Shown: positions 13,511 through 30,235, counted from the stretch's first letter. The stretch is 64,000 nt of DNA from Lama guanicoe (GCA_013239625.1 MU053216.1:1118001-1182000), one strand, 5' to 3'. Made by a program: numbers and translations. Notes: generated by a model not told the origin, from the sequence alone.

Positions 13511-16500
13511 AGGAAACAATGAAACACGCATTCATTCCTTCATTCCATAGGGGAGAGGAGGGCGGTCCTCCCCTCCGGCCTGGCGGGGTCCGTGGGGGGG
13601 CCCACTGGGGGCCCACCCTCTCCTGCCTTTGGCCTTAGCCTGTTCAGAAACCCCCCACCCCGCTCCTGGGCCCACTGCCGGCTCCCAGGGCAGCTCCAGG
13701 CTGAGGTGAGGCATCTGTCCAGCCCTGGGTCCCCTTCTGGCCAGCTCTGCTCTCAGTGGAGGGACAGAAAGGGATGGAGAAAAGGCCCCCTGGCCCCTTG
13801 GCCCTGGGGCCTTTAGGGGTACGACCTGGCCCCAAATCTTCCCCCCAGAACTTCACTCCACACACATTAGTGACAGGCCCGGAGGGACGTGAGTCCCAGA
13901 CCTGCCCTCCCCACTCAGCTCCCACCTCAGCGGGACACAGACGTCCTGGTGCCAGAGCCCTGGCACCCCCTGGAGGCCTGAGAGCTCCTCACCTCCGCCC
14001 TGTCTTCCCCAGTGGGTTTCCTGGCCCAGGTATCCAGCCCTCTGCCTCCCACCTGCCCCTCTGCTTGTCCGTGGCCGCCCTCTGGCCAGCCTGACACGAG
14101 AGGTCTGACAGAGGCTAGTTCCCCCACCCTCAACCCCTCCGTCCTGAGGACGGGACACACAGTCACGCCCCTGCTTCCAGCCAGGACGCCCCCTCCTCCT
14201 TGCACGTCTGAGGAGTGACTGTCAGGGGGTGGGACTCTCCCACCCTGGAAACTCCTCCCCCGACCTGGCCCCCGAGGACGGCTGTGCGTCCTGGCAGAGC
14301 CCCCGGCCCGTCTGTAAAGCGGACAGGGACACCCTGGGTCGGTCGTGAGAAATACAGGAGGTTGCGGGGTAAGAACCTGGACCCACAGGAAGTGCCCACG
14401 TGGTGGCTGCTCACCGTCTCCCCCTTTCTCTGCCAGAAGATCGCCCTGTGAGGGGGAGCCCGCCACCAGCCCCCTTCACAGAAAGGGCTGTCTCCGGCGA
14501 CCTGACCCACACGCCTCCCTCCGGAGCAGGCCCAGCTCCAGGGCCTTCAACGTGTCTGTCTCAGAGCCCTAGCCCCCCCCTGCCCCTGCCCCTTGAGCCA
14601 GGGGGGGAGGGCTGATCCTGGCGGGCGGGGCCCCTCGTGCCCACCCTGTCTGCGCGCTCCGACTTCCGTCTGCTTTAGGTATCAGGGTTTCAAATACCGT
14701 TATTTGAAAAAAAATTGATGCCCCCAAAATCTGAAGCCCCTTCTTAACAACCTCTCATCTGGTGGAGTGGGAGACAGGCCTCGGCCCCACAGATGGGACA
14801 CAGGGCCTGGCACTGCGGCCCAAGCTCTGGGCCCCAGGCCTGGCCAGGCGGCTGCGGACACCGGGGTCAGAGCCCCACCGCCACTCCCGAGGTCAGTGTA
14901 CAAACTCAGGCCTCTGCTGTCAACACCCCAGAGGGGCAGGGACCCCGTCCCACCTGGCACCTTCCTGGAGAGAGCTCGGAGCCACAGCAAGTGCGTTCAG
15001 CCTGGACCCTGTGAGAACGGTGATGTCGCCAGGCCAGGGGGCTCTGGACACAACCAGGGCACCGGGGGTCCCGCCACCAGGGAGGGCGTGCGGCTCCCCA
15101 CATGGTCAGTCGAGAAAGGCTCTGCGTGCACAAACTGGCGCCTGGAGCCGGTGCTGAGGGCTGGGCCCGGCCGCGGCTTCCTGCCCAGGGACTAGGGGGC
15201 GCTGCGTCTTGGTCTGCTCACATTTATCAGAACTCCCCAGAACGTCTGACTGAGGTGTCACAGCCAGCGGGGAGACAAACTCAGGCAGGGAGAGGGTGGG
15301 CCGGGCAGCAGGCAGGCCGTGCTTCCTCACCAAGGCAGCCCGGGAAGATGAGGCGGCACGGGGAGCTGGGTGTGGCTCCTGTCCGAGCAGGGGCCCTGGG
15401 AGTGACCAGATGGTCTCTGTCCAGAAGCCAGGGCCAGGCCCGCCCCCTGTGTGTGCACATTTTCACCAGAATCCACACTGCAGAGCCGCACCAGGACCTG
15501 AGCTCCGGCCCGAGAACCGTCCTGAGCTGTAGGAGGGTTTGTCCACCTGCAGCTTTAATTCCCTGCAGCCCACCAACTGGGCCCCCTCCTCCAGAGGCCA
15601 GGGCCCAGCCCACTGCCCGCTGGGGAGTTGGGGGCAGCCACAGGCCCTGCAGAGAAGGTGCACCCGGATGGCAGGGTGTGGGCTGCCAGCGGCTTGGGAA
15701 GGCAGGCTGGGAGCCACGTCTCACTGCTCAGGAAGCCAGGGGCAAGCACAGACAGCTCCACTGACGCAGGCAGGGGGCGGCAGGTGCTCCAGCCAGGGGA
15801 GCGGCAGGCTCTCACCAGGGCTGCCACGCTGGCCCCCGCCCAGTGAGCCGCCCCAGGCCCGGGGCTGGGGAAGTCCTCCAGCCAGCGTTTCATGTACCCA
15901 GTGCACTTTTCCAGGGAGTCCAGAGCCCACACCCTGGGCCTGGCCTCCTGGTGGGGCAGGGGCAGGCCTCCCTGGCTCTGGAATAGGAGGGCTCCTGGGT
16001 AGCAGCTCGCTGGGTGAGGCCAGGCCTGGGGGTGGGGCATGAGCTGCAGCCCCCAGGAAACAGCACAGCCACACCTCTCTTACCTGGAACAGGTGAGAGT
16101 GCCCATCCCACCTCCCTCATCTCTCAACTGCCGTGATGGGGCCTGAGTGGTCTCTGCCCTCTGGTGACACAAGCAAGCCCATCTGTCCCCACCCCCATGG
16201 GGAGGCTACCATTGTCCCACCAGACAAGGAACAGAGGGGCCCAGGAAGGCCCCCTGCCCCAGGGGCTGACGGGGAGCTTGGCCTGCGATGATGCCACCAA
16301 ATACCAACAGGGACCAACTCCCTGGTCATTAAAAAAGTAAAAAAAACCTCTCAGGAAGGAGTTTGAAAACAGTAAGCTCAGCAGAACAGGGAACTTTCCC
16401 TCCCCAGTGAGCTCAGAACCTGAAGGAGGGACTCGCCTGGCTCCCAGGGCCGTCCTGGCGCAGGCCGGGCCCGCTGCTACCCCCACTGCAGCCCTGCCTC

Positions 16501-19039
16501 CGCCAGGTCCGCCTGGTGCAAGCACTCACCCGCCTCTGCTCCAGCTCGGGGACCAGGAGGGAGAGTGCAGCAGAGGTGGGACAGCACAGTGAGGGGGCGC
16601 CCAGGGCTGCCCGGGCTCCCCGAGCCCACTGCCCTGTGGACAGGAGGACTGCTGAGCCCACGGTGGGGGAGGGGTGGGCTTCCGCCCAGCAGACATTCAT
16701 GCACACCCCAGCTGGGAGGGGGAGGTGAGGGGTAGAGGGACAGGGCTGGGGTCCGCACGAAGAGGAGAGCCCCCAGAGGGCTGTCAGTGCTGCGCTGCAG
16801 GGCTGCACACTGGCTACAGGTCTGGGGCTGTGCTGGGCAGGGAGAGGACGCAGTCCAGCGGTGGCTGGAGCTGGCGGGCTGCAAATGGACAGATGGGAAG
16901 GTCTCTGCATGGGGAGGAGCCCTCCCCACAGCCTGCGATGTGCTGAGAAGGGGTACCTGTCCCCCTGCCCTCTGGGTCGCCCCACCGAGGCTCGTGCCCA
17001 GCCTGCGCCCACATCTCAGGCACCTCACCGGCAACACCAAGTCCCGGAAGGGTTAGGGTTAGCCGCGCCTGGTCCTCCTGCTGCCCTCTTGCCAGCCCCT
17101 GAGGCCGAGGTGGGCTTGGCTGGAGGGAAGGGACCCCACCTCCCTGGGCTGTCTTGTCTGAGATTCTGGGTGGGCACCGCCTCGGTTTCCTCTGCCACAA
17201 TTCCCTGGCCATGGCCACACCCTGTCCTGGATGGTTCAGCCTGCAGTCCTGAGGACGCCCCACTCCGGCCATGCCCCTGGCTCCACTCCTGGACCCTCAG
17301 GGAGACCCCGGCCTCGGGCCCAGGGAGACGAGGGGGCTCCATGTGTGGGGCTGTCCTCAGTGTCGGGGGGGAAGGGGACGGACGGTGCTGAGGAGAAAGG
17401 CAGGCCCAGGCAGCAGCACCAGAGGCAAGGGGGTGTCCGGCCATGCCGCTGTGGTCCTGCCCACTGCCCCCACCACAGGCCATGCAGGACACTCAGACCT
17501 CCGAGGGGCCTGCGTCCTGACCCCAACTCTGAAGCCCCCCAGGGCCCGAGCCCCGACCTCCAGAGGACCCCAGGCTGAGGGTCTACCCAGGCTGAGGACA
17601 CAGAGGGCCGGAGGGGAGTGGGCGAGACATCCCCCAACCCCGGTCTGGGGTCAGGCTGCAAGGTCCAGCATGAAGTTCCCCCAGAGAGCTCTGGGGGAGG
17701 GGAGAGGGAGAGAGAACCTGCTGGGGCCCACCCGGCCCTGCCTCTGCTCCATCCCCCTCCCCCGCCCCCATGCAGCCCCCATCACACCCGCATTTCTGGC
17801 CCACCTGCAAGGCCCATTGCACCATCTGGCGGTTATGTCTGGGATGGCAGGCAGCTGGACTCCAGACTCAGGAGGGAGCTCCCCCTGCCCTGCCCACGCC
17901 TTCCACCCTAGTGCACTCTGGGGTCAGGCGGGTCCTGGCCCTCACACCACTGGACCCCGCTGCCCGGCTCTCCCCACCCGCTCCAGCCTCCCCTCAGTGG
18001 TTTTGGAGAGCTGGGCATCCTGGCCTCCCTCTGGGTATGGGAGGAGAGCTGGGTGGGGGAAGGTTCTGCGACCGCCTCCACAGTGCCAATGAAGGGCAGC
18101 AAGGAGGACAGCAGACTGCCCGTCAGAAGAGGAGGGGGTGACACCTCTGGAGTGCTGAAGCTAGAATTCTAGACCCAATGAAAGCACTGTTCAGACGTGG
18201 GCTGCGGGACACATGGCAGGCTTAGCTGAATCTCCTGCCGCACGCATGAAAATCATGGTCACGTCTGGACAGTTGCAGCCGCAGCTCAAGAACGGCCAAC
18301 CTATGCCCTTACTTTTACTAAAGCTTATTTTTGTAAACAAAACAAAACAAACAAAAAACAAAGGGAAAGGAAGGTTCTCGGTGGAGTTCTCGAGACGTCC
18401 TCGTACGCCTTGAAAGAAAGAGTTTACACTGTAGGTTCCTCTTCTGACTTGGACATGCAACAGCACCTGCTACGCTACGTAGCTGCTTTGAGTCCTAGCA
18501 CATCCAAAAGCAGCCTGCTTGCCCTAACTTTGATTAGTCATGACACTACATGTGTGCAGGTCATACTTGGAATCAGTAAATACCAAATGTTAGGATGCGC
18601 TCCACGGAGTTTTATCCACGTACTGGGAGCAAGAGACCAACCACGCGCCCGCCCCCACCCCAGGGGGAGTAATGCTTGAGGATGGACAGACATTTAACTC
18701 ATGCCGTCAGTTATTCATGTTCCCCAAATGTAGCATCCTAACATCATCAGGTTTTCTGATTGCACCAATCGTTTGACGGGAGGAGCGGTCAGTGATGTGC
18801 CTTCTCTCTCATCACTAAAGTGAGAAGGGGATGGGGCGCTCTGGGGTGAAGAGGTGTCTTCCTGGACCACACGTGGAGTCTCTCCTTCGTTGATGCCGCT
18901 TGGGCTCCGTGCAGGTCTGAAGCGACCCTGCAGGGCTGTGGACGGGTTTAATTTCTGGTAATTTTCGTGGCATTGGAAGCCCTCTAGTGGCCAAACACTA
19001 GACCTGCAAAAATCTGCTTTGCTCGAGGGCTTAGGGCTG

Positions 19040-19240
19040 AGGTGTACTCAGGACTGTAACCTACATGGAAACGTATCAAAAAATAAGATAGATGGACTAG
19101 AGGTGCACAGACAGACACACGTGGGAGGCAGCCAACGGCGTTTATTGTAGAATCCAGCTGATGGGCATCTGGGTCGGGGCATAACTCCTTCAACTTTTCT
19201 GTGAATATTTGTGTAACATAATGTTGAATAAAAAAACTTT
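19040..19240 (+). mobile_element. Ancient L1M 3'-end fragment
   Basis: ttattgtagaatccagctgatggg...ttcaacttttctgtg...aatgttgaataaaaaaa resembles L1MC/ME 3' ends. Confidence 0.55.
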
Positions 19241-19249
19241 TTGCTAGAT

Positions 19250-21020
19250 GCTGAAGGAAAAGAAAGTGAAGGAGAAACAAAGACTTTTTCAGACAAACAG
19301 TAGCTTAGAGATGCAATGCCAAGAGACCTGCACAGTGTTAAAAGAAATTCCTCAGGCAGAAGAACAAAACACCAGATGGAGATTTTTATCCACAGAAAGG
19401 AACAAAGAGCACTAAAAATAGAAAAATAGAAACAGACTTCTTCCCTCACTTAAAATATCCATAAAAGATAATTCAGTTTAGAGCAGAAATAACAATGTAT
19501 CCAGGGTTTATAATTGAAGCAGAAGTAAAGGGTTTGGCAGGAGCAGCACTGAGGATGGGGGGAGAACCGTCTGCTGGGGGGTTCTCGTGCCCTCCGGGAG
19601 GGCGTGCAGCATTGGAAGGTAAATGGTGATAAATGTTACACCCGGACAAATGCAGAATGTAGCTGGCTGCGTCAGCTCCCCTCTCAGCAACCCAGGGAAC
19701 AAACAAGAATCAGCAAGGACAGAGGAGGCTTGAAGGACACCCTTACCAACGTGACCTTATTGATGTTTGCATAACACTCCACACGACAAACGCAGACACA
19801 TGCTTTTCAAGTGCACAGAGAACATTTAAGATAGACCCGATTTTGAGCCAGGAAACAAGTTTCATTAGATTTAAAAGAGTTCATGTCATAAAAACGTGTT
19901 CTCTAACCACCATAGAATTAATTAAACTAGAAATCAGTAAGGGCTAGCTGGGAAGCCCCACCTCCAACACTGAACAGCACGCTTCCAAGTAAACCATGGG
20001 TAACAGAAGGAATCATAAAATAGATTAGCAAATACCTCGAAGTGAATACAAATAAAAACCACATATGCAAGTTTGTGGAATATAGCTAAAAGAATGTTTA
20101 AAGGAGAATTCCCAGTATCACATGCTCATGTGTTATAAGGGAATAAAGGTCTAAAACGAGTAATCTAAGATTTGACCTTAACAAACTAGGAGGAAAAAGG
20201 AGCAAATTAAACCCAGAGTAAGCGGAAGGAAACAGCAAACGTGACAGCAGAGATGAACGAAATTGAAAGCAGAAGATAGAGAAAAAAAGTCAATGAAACC
20301 AAAAGCTGGTTCTTTGGAAAGATCAATAAGGTTGATAAATCTATAGCCAAATTGATTAAAAATAAAAGAGAGAAGATGCAAATGACCAGCATCAGGAATG
20401 AAAGGAGGGGAGGGTGCAGCTCAGCGGCAGAGTGCGCGCTTAGTGTGCAGGAGGCCCTGGGTTCCAACCTCAGCACCTCTTCCAAAAATGAGTAAATAAA
20501 TAAACCTAGTTGCCTCCCTCTCCCCCCGCAAAAAAAAGAATGAAAGAGAGGTTCTCACTAGAGATCTGACAGATGGTAAAAGGATAGCAAAGGAATATGA
20601 TAAACAACTTTATGCCAATAAATTCAACAGCCTGGATGAAATGGACAAATTCTTTAAAAGTCACAAATTATCAAAGCTCTTTCAAGAAGAAGCGGATAGT
20701 CTAAATAGTTCCACGTATCTATTAAAGAAAACAGAAGAGGAGGAGGGGATGCAGAGCCCAAAGTGGACCTGCATTCACGCGGTCCATTGGTTTTCCACAA
20801 AGTTTCAAGGTAATTCAGTGGAGCAAAGGGAGGTGTCTTTTTTTAAATGGTGCTAGACCAGTGGGATAATCAAAAAAGGAAAGAAGGAAGAAAGCCTGAT
20901 AATTACTTCACATCATATAGAAACTAACTCAGAATGGGTAGACTTGAATGTAAAGACGAAAACCATAAACTTCCAGAGGAAACAGGAGACAACATCTGGG
21001 ACCTGGGGCTAGGCAACTAC
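19250..21020 (+). mobile_element. Old degraded LINE-1 (ORF1 end and ORF2 fragments)
   Basis: A-rich strand; motifs aaactagaaatcagtaa, caatgaaaccaaaagctggttctttggaaagatcaataag, gatgaaatggacaaattc, aaatggtgctag. Confidence 0.88.
20405..20537 (+). mobile_element. tRNA-derived SINE, camelid Vic-1-like, nested in the L1
   Basis: A box (gcagctcagcggcagag), B box (gggttccaacc), aataaataaacc...A tail; TSD GAATGAAAG at 20396 and 20538. Confidence 0.85.
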
Positions 21021-22616
21021 TATTGGTTTACAAATGAGGAACCAGGCATAACCAGGTTAAAGATCACACAGCTAGTTAGTAGCAGAACTAGTCTTCAAAC
21101 CCTGAATTTATTCTCTTCCTGTTCTTGACTGGTGAGGGCTTAGGGGGCTCTGTATGAAAATGAACATAAACCCTGCGGCTGTTTCCTGTCCAGTCCCAGG
21201 AGTGTGCTGGCCCCTCCCGGGGACACAGGACATGCCTGGGAAGTTAGCCAGTGCCCTGATGTCCTGGGCTGCGCTGTCCAAACTAAACCCCTCCCTGTCC
21301 TGGAGCCTAGTCTGCCCTCTCCCGTCTCCATGCCTGTGCAGGGGTCTTCTCCCCACCTGACAGCCCTTCCCCGCCCCTGCCTGCCCACTCCCTCTTATCC
21401 TTCCAAGATGTCACCGCTTCCAGGAAGCCTTCCTTGGTGTAGCCGTAGCATCCTCCTCACCCCAGCTCCTCCGGGCGTTCCAACTTTCTCCCCTAGAGCA
21501 TGTGTCACTTTCTACCTTGGATTAGGCTTCCGGGGTGCAAGTCTTCCCCCTTCCAAAAGGTAGGCACCTTGAGAGTACCTCCCTGCACGGTTCCTGCTCC
21601 AGGCCTGTCAGACATGTGGATGTGTCTCCAGAAGCCACCAAGAGTCAGGCTTTGTTCTTGGGCCTCCTAGGAAGCCAGGTCCCCCCTCCCCAACCCCAGG
21701 GGTTGCAGAAGGGGCTCTTCTCTCGTCCTTGCCGGATGAGCCCTGCCCAGGTCCAGGGGAGCAGGGCACTGGCCGCCCACCCTGCGGAGCCCCCTTCTCC
21801 CTCCTCCCGACACTGCCTTTCCAACCTCTCCAGCTCTGGAAGCTCTGCCTGAGCACTTGTTCCCACTTCCCAGCAAGTGCAGACATCTGTCCTCCAGCCC
21901 CTCATACTTGTGCCCCACCACCACCCTGCAGGCAGGGGGAGGGGAAGCTGGATCCCGGCAGAGGGAGTGAGAACAGACTTGCTCCAGCTCAGTGGGGGCA
22001 GGGAGTAGGGGGGCTCCAGGCCTCAAAGCTGACACACTGGGGAGCTGCGCTCCGCCTTCCCCCTTCCCCCTTCTCTGTGGCCCTGGGGACCGAAGTATCT
22101 CCTAGGAGCCTGGGAGGCTCAGGGGCCAGGCCGTGAGGAGGAATTCGGACCAGAGCTTCTGGCAGTGGTGGTGGGCCCCACAGAGGTCCTTTACTGGAAA
22201 GGGAGGCATCCCGAACCGTCTGTGACACAGGGCCCGCCCGTGACACGGGGCAGCGGGGCTGTGGAGGGCGAGGGGGCCCACAGAGCCCTGAGTAAGGGCC
22301 GAATCCCCACACACCTGCTGGGCCCACAGCGCCAGCCCCACCAAGGGAAGCCTCCGGCTGGGCCCCACGGAATTCCTGCCAGACACAGGTGTGCTGGGGG
22401 CGCCGGGCGAGGACTCAGGACTGCAGATCCCCTCAGCTTCCCCACCCAGGGAACTGACTGCGCAGGCCTGGGCTGCAGAGGAAGAGCCCACTTCCACCCA
22501 GCTCTCCGCCGAGACGGAACCGACCCACCCTCCCAGCGGGAGCTGGTGCAAAGGCCCTTTCCTCCAGCGACTAACCCCAGATTGACACGCGATGATTTGC
22601 TGGAAGCGGCCAATGC

Positions 22617-22622
22617 TTTAAT
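22617..22622 (-). terminator. IGFN1: Polyadenylation signal ATTAAA of IGFN1
   Basis: First AATAAA/ATTAAA-type hexamer I can see, ~420 nt after the stop codon. Confidence 0.7.
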
Positions 22623-23042
22623 GAGGAGAAGCGCGGAGAGCAGCCTTCCCACCCAGGCCCCGCCCTCACCCCACCCCCGCTGTGGTCACGCTGGCCCAGT
22701 CCTCCCCACCCTCCCTTCGGGGCCCAGCCTGGGGAGACCAGGACTCGGCCTCCTTCCTGCAGACACACCCCGGCCCACTGGAGCCCCCAAGCGGGAGGTT
22801 CGCTGCCGTTCGGCTCAGTGACTTAGCCCAGGGCTGGGACACTGAGTGTCCCCTCCTTCTTTCTCTTCCCCAAAACTCCGTGCCCTCCTGGCGTGGCTTC
22901 CCCAGGAGCCCCTGACTCCGGTCTCCCTGGGGCTCTGGGAACTCCAGCGTCCTCCATCCTTTCAGCGTGGTGTCAGGAGTGATGTTTCAGAGATCTTCAG
23001 GGGCTGCAGGGCTGAGCGAGGCCATCGCAGGGGGAGGCGGGG

Positions 23043-23056
23043 CTAGGGGTTAGATT
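23043..23056 (-). CDS. IGFN1: IGFN1 exon 24 coding part (ESNP*)
   Basis: Strong acceptor ctctgtatctttgcag|AA TCT AAC CCC TAG, in phase 1. Confidence 0.85.
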
Positions 23057-23727
23057 CTGCAAAGATACAGAGCAAAGGTCAATGTGACACTGCAGGGGTC
23101 AGGTGGGCTGGGGGTAGGGTGGGGGTGGCTTGACCATCCAGGGTGTTCAGATCCATCCACGGCCACCACGTGCTCTCCACCTCCAGACAAGGTTCTTCCC
23201 TGTCCCCTCAGGCAACCCAGACCATCCCTAACACCAGGTTTGCTCATGGGCTGGGCACTTTGGATGCCCCAGAGAGACAAGATGTTCCTTCCAGGGCTGA
23301 AAGGGCCATTTCTGCACCAAGGTCAATTCTGAATCTTTTAAAATGTTTAGGACTTTTCCTTAAGTGTAAGTTGTTATTGGGGGGAAATGTTACCTTATTA
23401 ACATATGCAATTTGCTTTCCTGAAAAGGGGACCACCAGTGAGAGAACCAAGGTGGCTGTGGGGCACTAGGTGTCTGTCTCTGGGCGTAGTTACGAGCTTT
23501 AATGCAGAAAAGCCTCTTGTCTCCCACTTGAACTGGGCGGCAAGGCCGCACCGGGAAGCTTAGCTGGGGGACACGGAGCCCTTGAGCCAAGAGCTGCTCA
23601 CCAGTGATCTGTCACTGGGCTGTACAGACGGGCAAGCCAAGGCCCCTCTGGGACAGAGGTTACATAACAGAGTCCGCGGAGAGCCAGGCGGAGGTCCCTG
23701 CTGTTCCGATCCCAGCCCATCACTCTA

Positions 23728-24312
<585 letters not shown>

Positions 24313-24483
24313 TTAAAATACATTTTGAATTTTTTTTCCTGTACTACAAGCTAACACATATTCACTGTGGACACATTCGGAACAGACAGGAAATCAGGAG
24401 GAGGAATCGAAGCCAAGCACAATCTAACCGCCCACCGACAACCACGGCTAACATTTCGGGGTGGAACCTTGCAGACATTTCTA

Positions 24484-25311
<828 letters not shown>

Positions 25312-25617
25312 TCATTCACTTTGGCTCCTAAGTTCGATGCCCCAGGACAAGGACAGAGTGGGGGCTTTTGGAAGACCAGGTGGTGGTCCTCATTTCTGAG
25401 TTCGAGAAACCCCTCCGGGGCGGGGGCTGGGAGACACCACCTGCACCCCGGGTGAGGACCACAGACCGTTCTCCCCACTGCTGTCTCAAGCGATGTGGTG
25501 GTGGTGACCATCTGCACTCACTGACCCCAAGTGAGGAACAAGTGGAGTCCGAGGAGGGCGTGGGGCAGAGCAGTGATCCCCTGGACTCTCCCTGGGCCCT
25601 CCTCCTTCCTCCCTTCA

Positions 25618-26127
<510 letters not shown>

Positions 26128-26724
26128 TTAAGGGCCCCGCATGTCACATACAGACGTCTGGATTCCCCCTCTGAGCCATGAGCTGCTGTTGTAAGGTTGG
26201 AACAGGAAGTCAGAGTCAGATCTAGATTCACATGGCGAGGGTTGGGGGCTGAGGACCTGATGGGAGTGGGGACAACTCATGGGGCGGGAGTGGGGACCAG
26301 CCCGGTGCCCAGGCTCAAGTAGGGATGGCCTGGGGCCCCTGCAGTAGTCCAGGCAGGAGAGTGTGGCGGCCTGACCCTGACCAGGGTTGGGGGCCAGTCC
26401 AGCTGCCTGATGTCTGTGCCACCAACTCCCATGAGACCCTCAGCACTGGGCACACTAGTCCCATGGGGATGGTGACGGTGACTTACCCACAGGATTGTCT
26501 GAGGACTCAAGAAGTTACCAATATATGGGGAACACAGAGAACAGGGCCCGAGACAGAGCAAATGCTCGGTGTGTCTTAAATATTTTTGTCATAATGACCA
26601 TCGGCATGTTTATGGTCTAATATTTAAGGACATGTAATTTAGGGGTAGATCTGGGTGTGCTTCTGGCTCTGCCACCTATGAGCTTCCTGGACAGATGTTG
26701 ATGATGCTGGTGGTGGAGATTCTA

Positions 26725-26965
26725 ACAACAGCAGTAATAGTAACGATGGTGGGTAAGACGCATGGCCACTTGCCATCTGCCCAGCACTGTTTATGTGCTT
26801 TCAAGTTTTAATTCCGTGAATCCTCAGAACAAGCCTTTGAGATAAGTTACTATTATTACCCCCATTTGATAGACGAGGATGTCGGAACACAGAGAGGTTA
26901 AGATACTTGTCCAAAGACACACAGCTTGTGAGTGTGACATCAGAGTTTGAATCCAGGCCACCTGT
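26725..26965. mobile_element. MIR SINE
   Basis: Core: attattacccccatttgatagacgagga...acagagaggttaagatacttgtccaaagacacacagct...tttgaatccagg. Confidence 0.88.
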
Positions 26966-27352
26966 GCGTCTCACCACACGCTGGGCTGCTCTACTACACG
27001 TACAGAGACCGGTGGCGCTGCCTGAGGACTCTCCTGAGCCAGACACAGGCCAGGTGTGCGCACAACATGCACCCTGAAGTCCAAGGGCATTGCCCCAGCC
27101 CCTGGGGGCCAAGGTTTAGAGGTGCAGTACTGGAGGCTACCACCAGAGGGAGTCACAGATGCCAGCAGAATGGCTGCCCAGCGGCCAGGGGAGGGCTGCC
27201 CCTGCCCGGAGGACTCCCTCCTCCCTTCCTCACCTGCCTGATTTCCAGTACAAGCCCAGGTCACTGACTCGGGGCCAGAGGGAACCAACCGGGAAGAAAG
27301 GAGAACCACACAGCTGAGTCGGCCCCCACTCCAGCCCACTAGGTGTGCTCAC

Positions 27353-27441
27353 CTCAAAGTAGACAGGCACGCGAACAGTGTCCCCAGCTCTGACCGTCAT
27401 CGAGTCCTTCATGGTGGCGTCCATGAGGAACTTGGGACAGA
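27353..27441 (-). CDS. IGFN1: IGFN1 exon 20 (VCPKFLMDATMKDSMTVRAGDTVRVPVYFE)
   Basis: ttcag|TC acceptor, GAG|GTGAG donor; 89 bp, phase 1-0. Confidence 0.94.
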
Positions 27442-28009
27442 CTGAAACACGCAGGACGGCTCATCACCTCCTGGTGCAGGTGAGCCCCAGCCCCCGGTCA
27501 CCAACCAGGCAGGGCTGGAGGGGGCGCCCAGCCAGCCTGGTGATGATGGACGGGGGCCCTGTGGGAACTGGAGAGGGGGCTGGAGGGGACCGCGGGGAGC
27601 TGAGCGCAGGAGTGGGAGGGGTCCAAGAAGGAGCAGGTCAGGGAGAGCCTCGCGTCAGGCCGGAGCAGAGGAGGACGGTGCGAAACCAGGCCAACTCTTG
27701 CACTTGGTGGGTGAGGCAACTACCCATGGGACCCCTGGAGTCAGGGGCAGAGCCAGAACCAGGCTCCAGGCTCTGGACAGCAGAGCAGGGAGAGCTTCAC
27801 TGCAGGTATGTCTCCCCCGCGTGACGCAGGGACAACTGGGGTCTGTTAGGATGGCCCAGTGTCAGCTTGGCCAAACACAGGGTAGCTGTTCCAGCAATGA
27901 GGGCCCCAGAGCAAGGGCAGCCCCCCTCCCAGTGACAGGGCTGTGGCGCCTTCTGCTCTGGCCTGAGCGCGCGGGCTGAGGGCGGCCTGCTCAGGCCGTG
28001 CTTGCGAAG

Positions 28010-28215
28010 CAGCACAGCCCTGGAGCCTGGGCTCTGGGCTCAGCCACCTGGCTCAAACCCTGCTCTGCCACGTACCAGTGGTGAGCCCCAGGGCAAAGGA
28101 CCTCCGACCTCAGTTTCCTTGTCTGTAAACTGGGGACAGTATTGACCTTGCATGATTGTCATGAGTTATAATGAAAATGCATCTCCCCTGAAAAGGGCCT
28201 GCCTTGCCCACTGCC
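28010..28215. mobile_element. MIR fragment
   Basis: ctctgccacgtaccag...cctcagtttccttgtctgtaaactgggga. Confidence 0.65.
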
Positions 28216-28241
28216 CAGATCCTACCCCCGACACTTCACTA

Positions 28242-28682
<441 letters not shown>

Positions 28683-29962
28683 CTAGAGACCCTCTGGACA
28701 CTCGCTGGTTTCTGTGGGCGGCTGGGGATTCCTTTTACTCAGGGACTGGTCTTGCTCTGGGCTTCCCTGATGCCCCTGCCTGGACCCAGATCCTTCCTCC
28801 GTCCCCAGGATCTTCTGCAGTCTACACCCCCATCCCAGCTCACCTCCTCCAGGAAGCCTTCCCTACCTCCTTCCACTCATTTGCCAGCCTGCCAGCCCCC
28901 TTCCCCAACAGCCCTTCTGTAATTCCTGAAATCTGGGATTTTAGTTGATGAGTCGGTAAGTCCTTAGGTTCCAAGATCCTTGAAGACTAGAATTCTGTAT
29001 CTTTTTGTCCTGAGCTGTAAGCTCCTAGCCTAGACTGCCTTGTGGGCACTCAGTCCATACTTTGTGCTCTTTACCTTAGAATGGCAACGATTGCTGTGCA
29101 ACCCCCCCCCCCCCCGCCGAGGGCTCAGGACAGAGGGCTGATGTGTGTAAATGGCTCTGTACACTGCACAGGGTCCAGGGCTCTGGGCTCCAAACCTGGG
29201 GATCCACCTGCCCGGCCCCCAGCCCCCCCGGCTCTCTCCAGGGCCCACGGCCTCTTCCCCAGGGCCTGGCTGACACGGGAGGTTCAGGAACGGGCTGCAT
29301 CCCCGTCCCTGAGTGACTGGCTGGTCACTCAGGCAGAGAGGAGGGGTGCACGGAGCCCCATTTGCCTTGGAGGGAGGCTTTGATGGGTGTGTTTGTGGAA
29401 AGGTATTCTCTGCTCACGTTTGGGAAATTTGGATCAAACAAAATTGGGGAGGCTTCTTTACTGTAGGACCTGTCAGGGCCGCGTTGACCGCGGACCTCCT
29501 CTGCTGTCCCTGCTGCCCTCGCCACACCTGCGGTGCCTCTGGGTGCCTGGTGTTCCCCAGACAGTGGGCAGGGCGGTGCTGCTCTAAACCAGAAGTTCCT
29601 GAAGGATTCACCTGGGTCTTGGCACGATGCCAGCCCCTGGCAGGTGACGAGCGGTCACTCCGTGGACACAGAATGGGTGGTGAGGCTCTCCCATGACACC
29701 CCTCCCCGTGGGGTGACGACCCCTCACTGGGGTGAGTGGATGCTCCCAGGACTGGGACCGAGTGAGCGGAGTCATCTAGGGAGGGGCACTTGGAATTCCC
29801 ACTGTGGGGCCCCCGGCCTGTCTGATCTCAGTGTAGGGGCTGAAACCTCCCCGGGCCCCTAAGCTAGCTGCAGGGCCCTTCCACATTTACCTCGCAGCCC
29901 TCCCGACGCTTCCTCAGGGACTGGTCCTGGCCGGGGGCCTCCCGTCCCCTCCCACTGGCTTA

Positions 29963-30235
<273 letters not shown>

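Noticed and set aside
20405..20480. tRNA gene
   Set aside because: A tRNA-like head followed by a SINE body, A tail and TSD.
1..22500. Many 60-270 aa ORFs downstream of IGFN1; possible PKP1 exons
   Set aside because: Pro/Gly/Arg-rich chance ORFs; no armadillo-repeat or other recognisable protein and no coherent exon chain.
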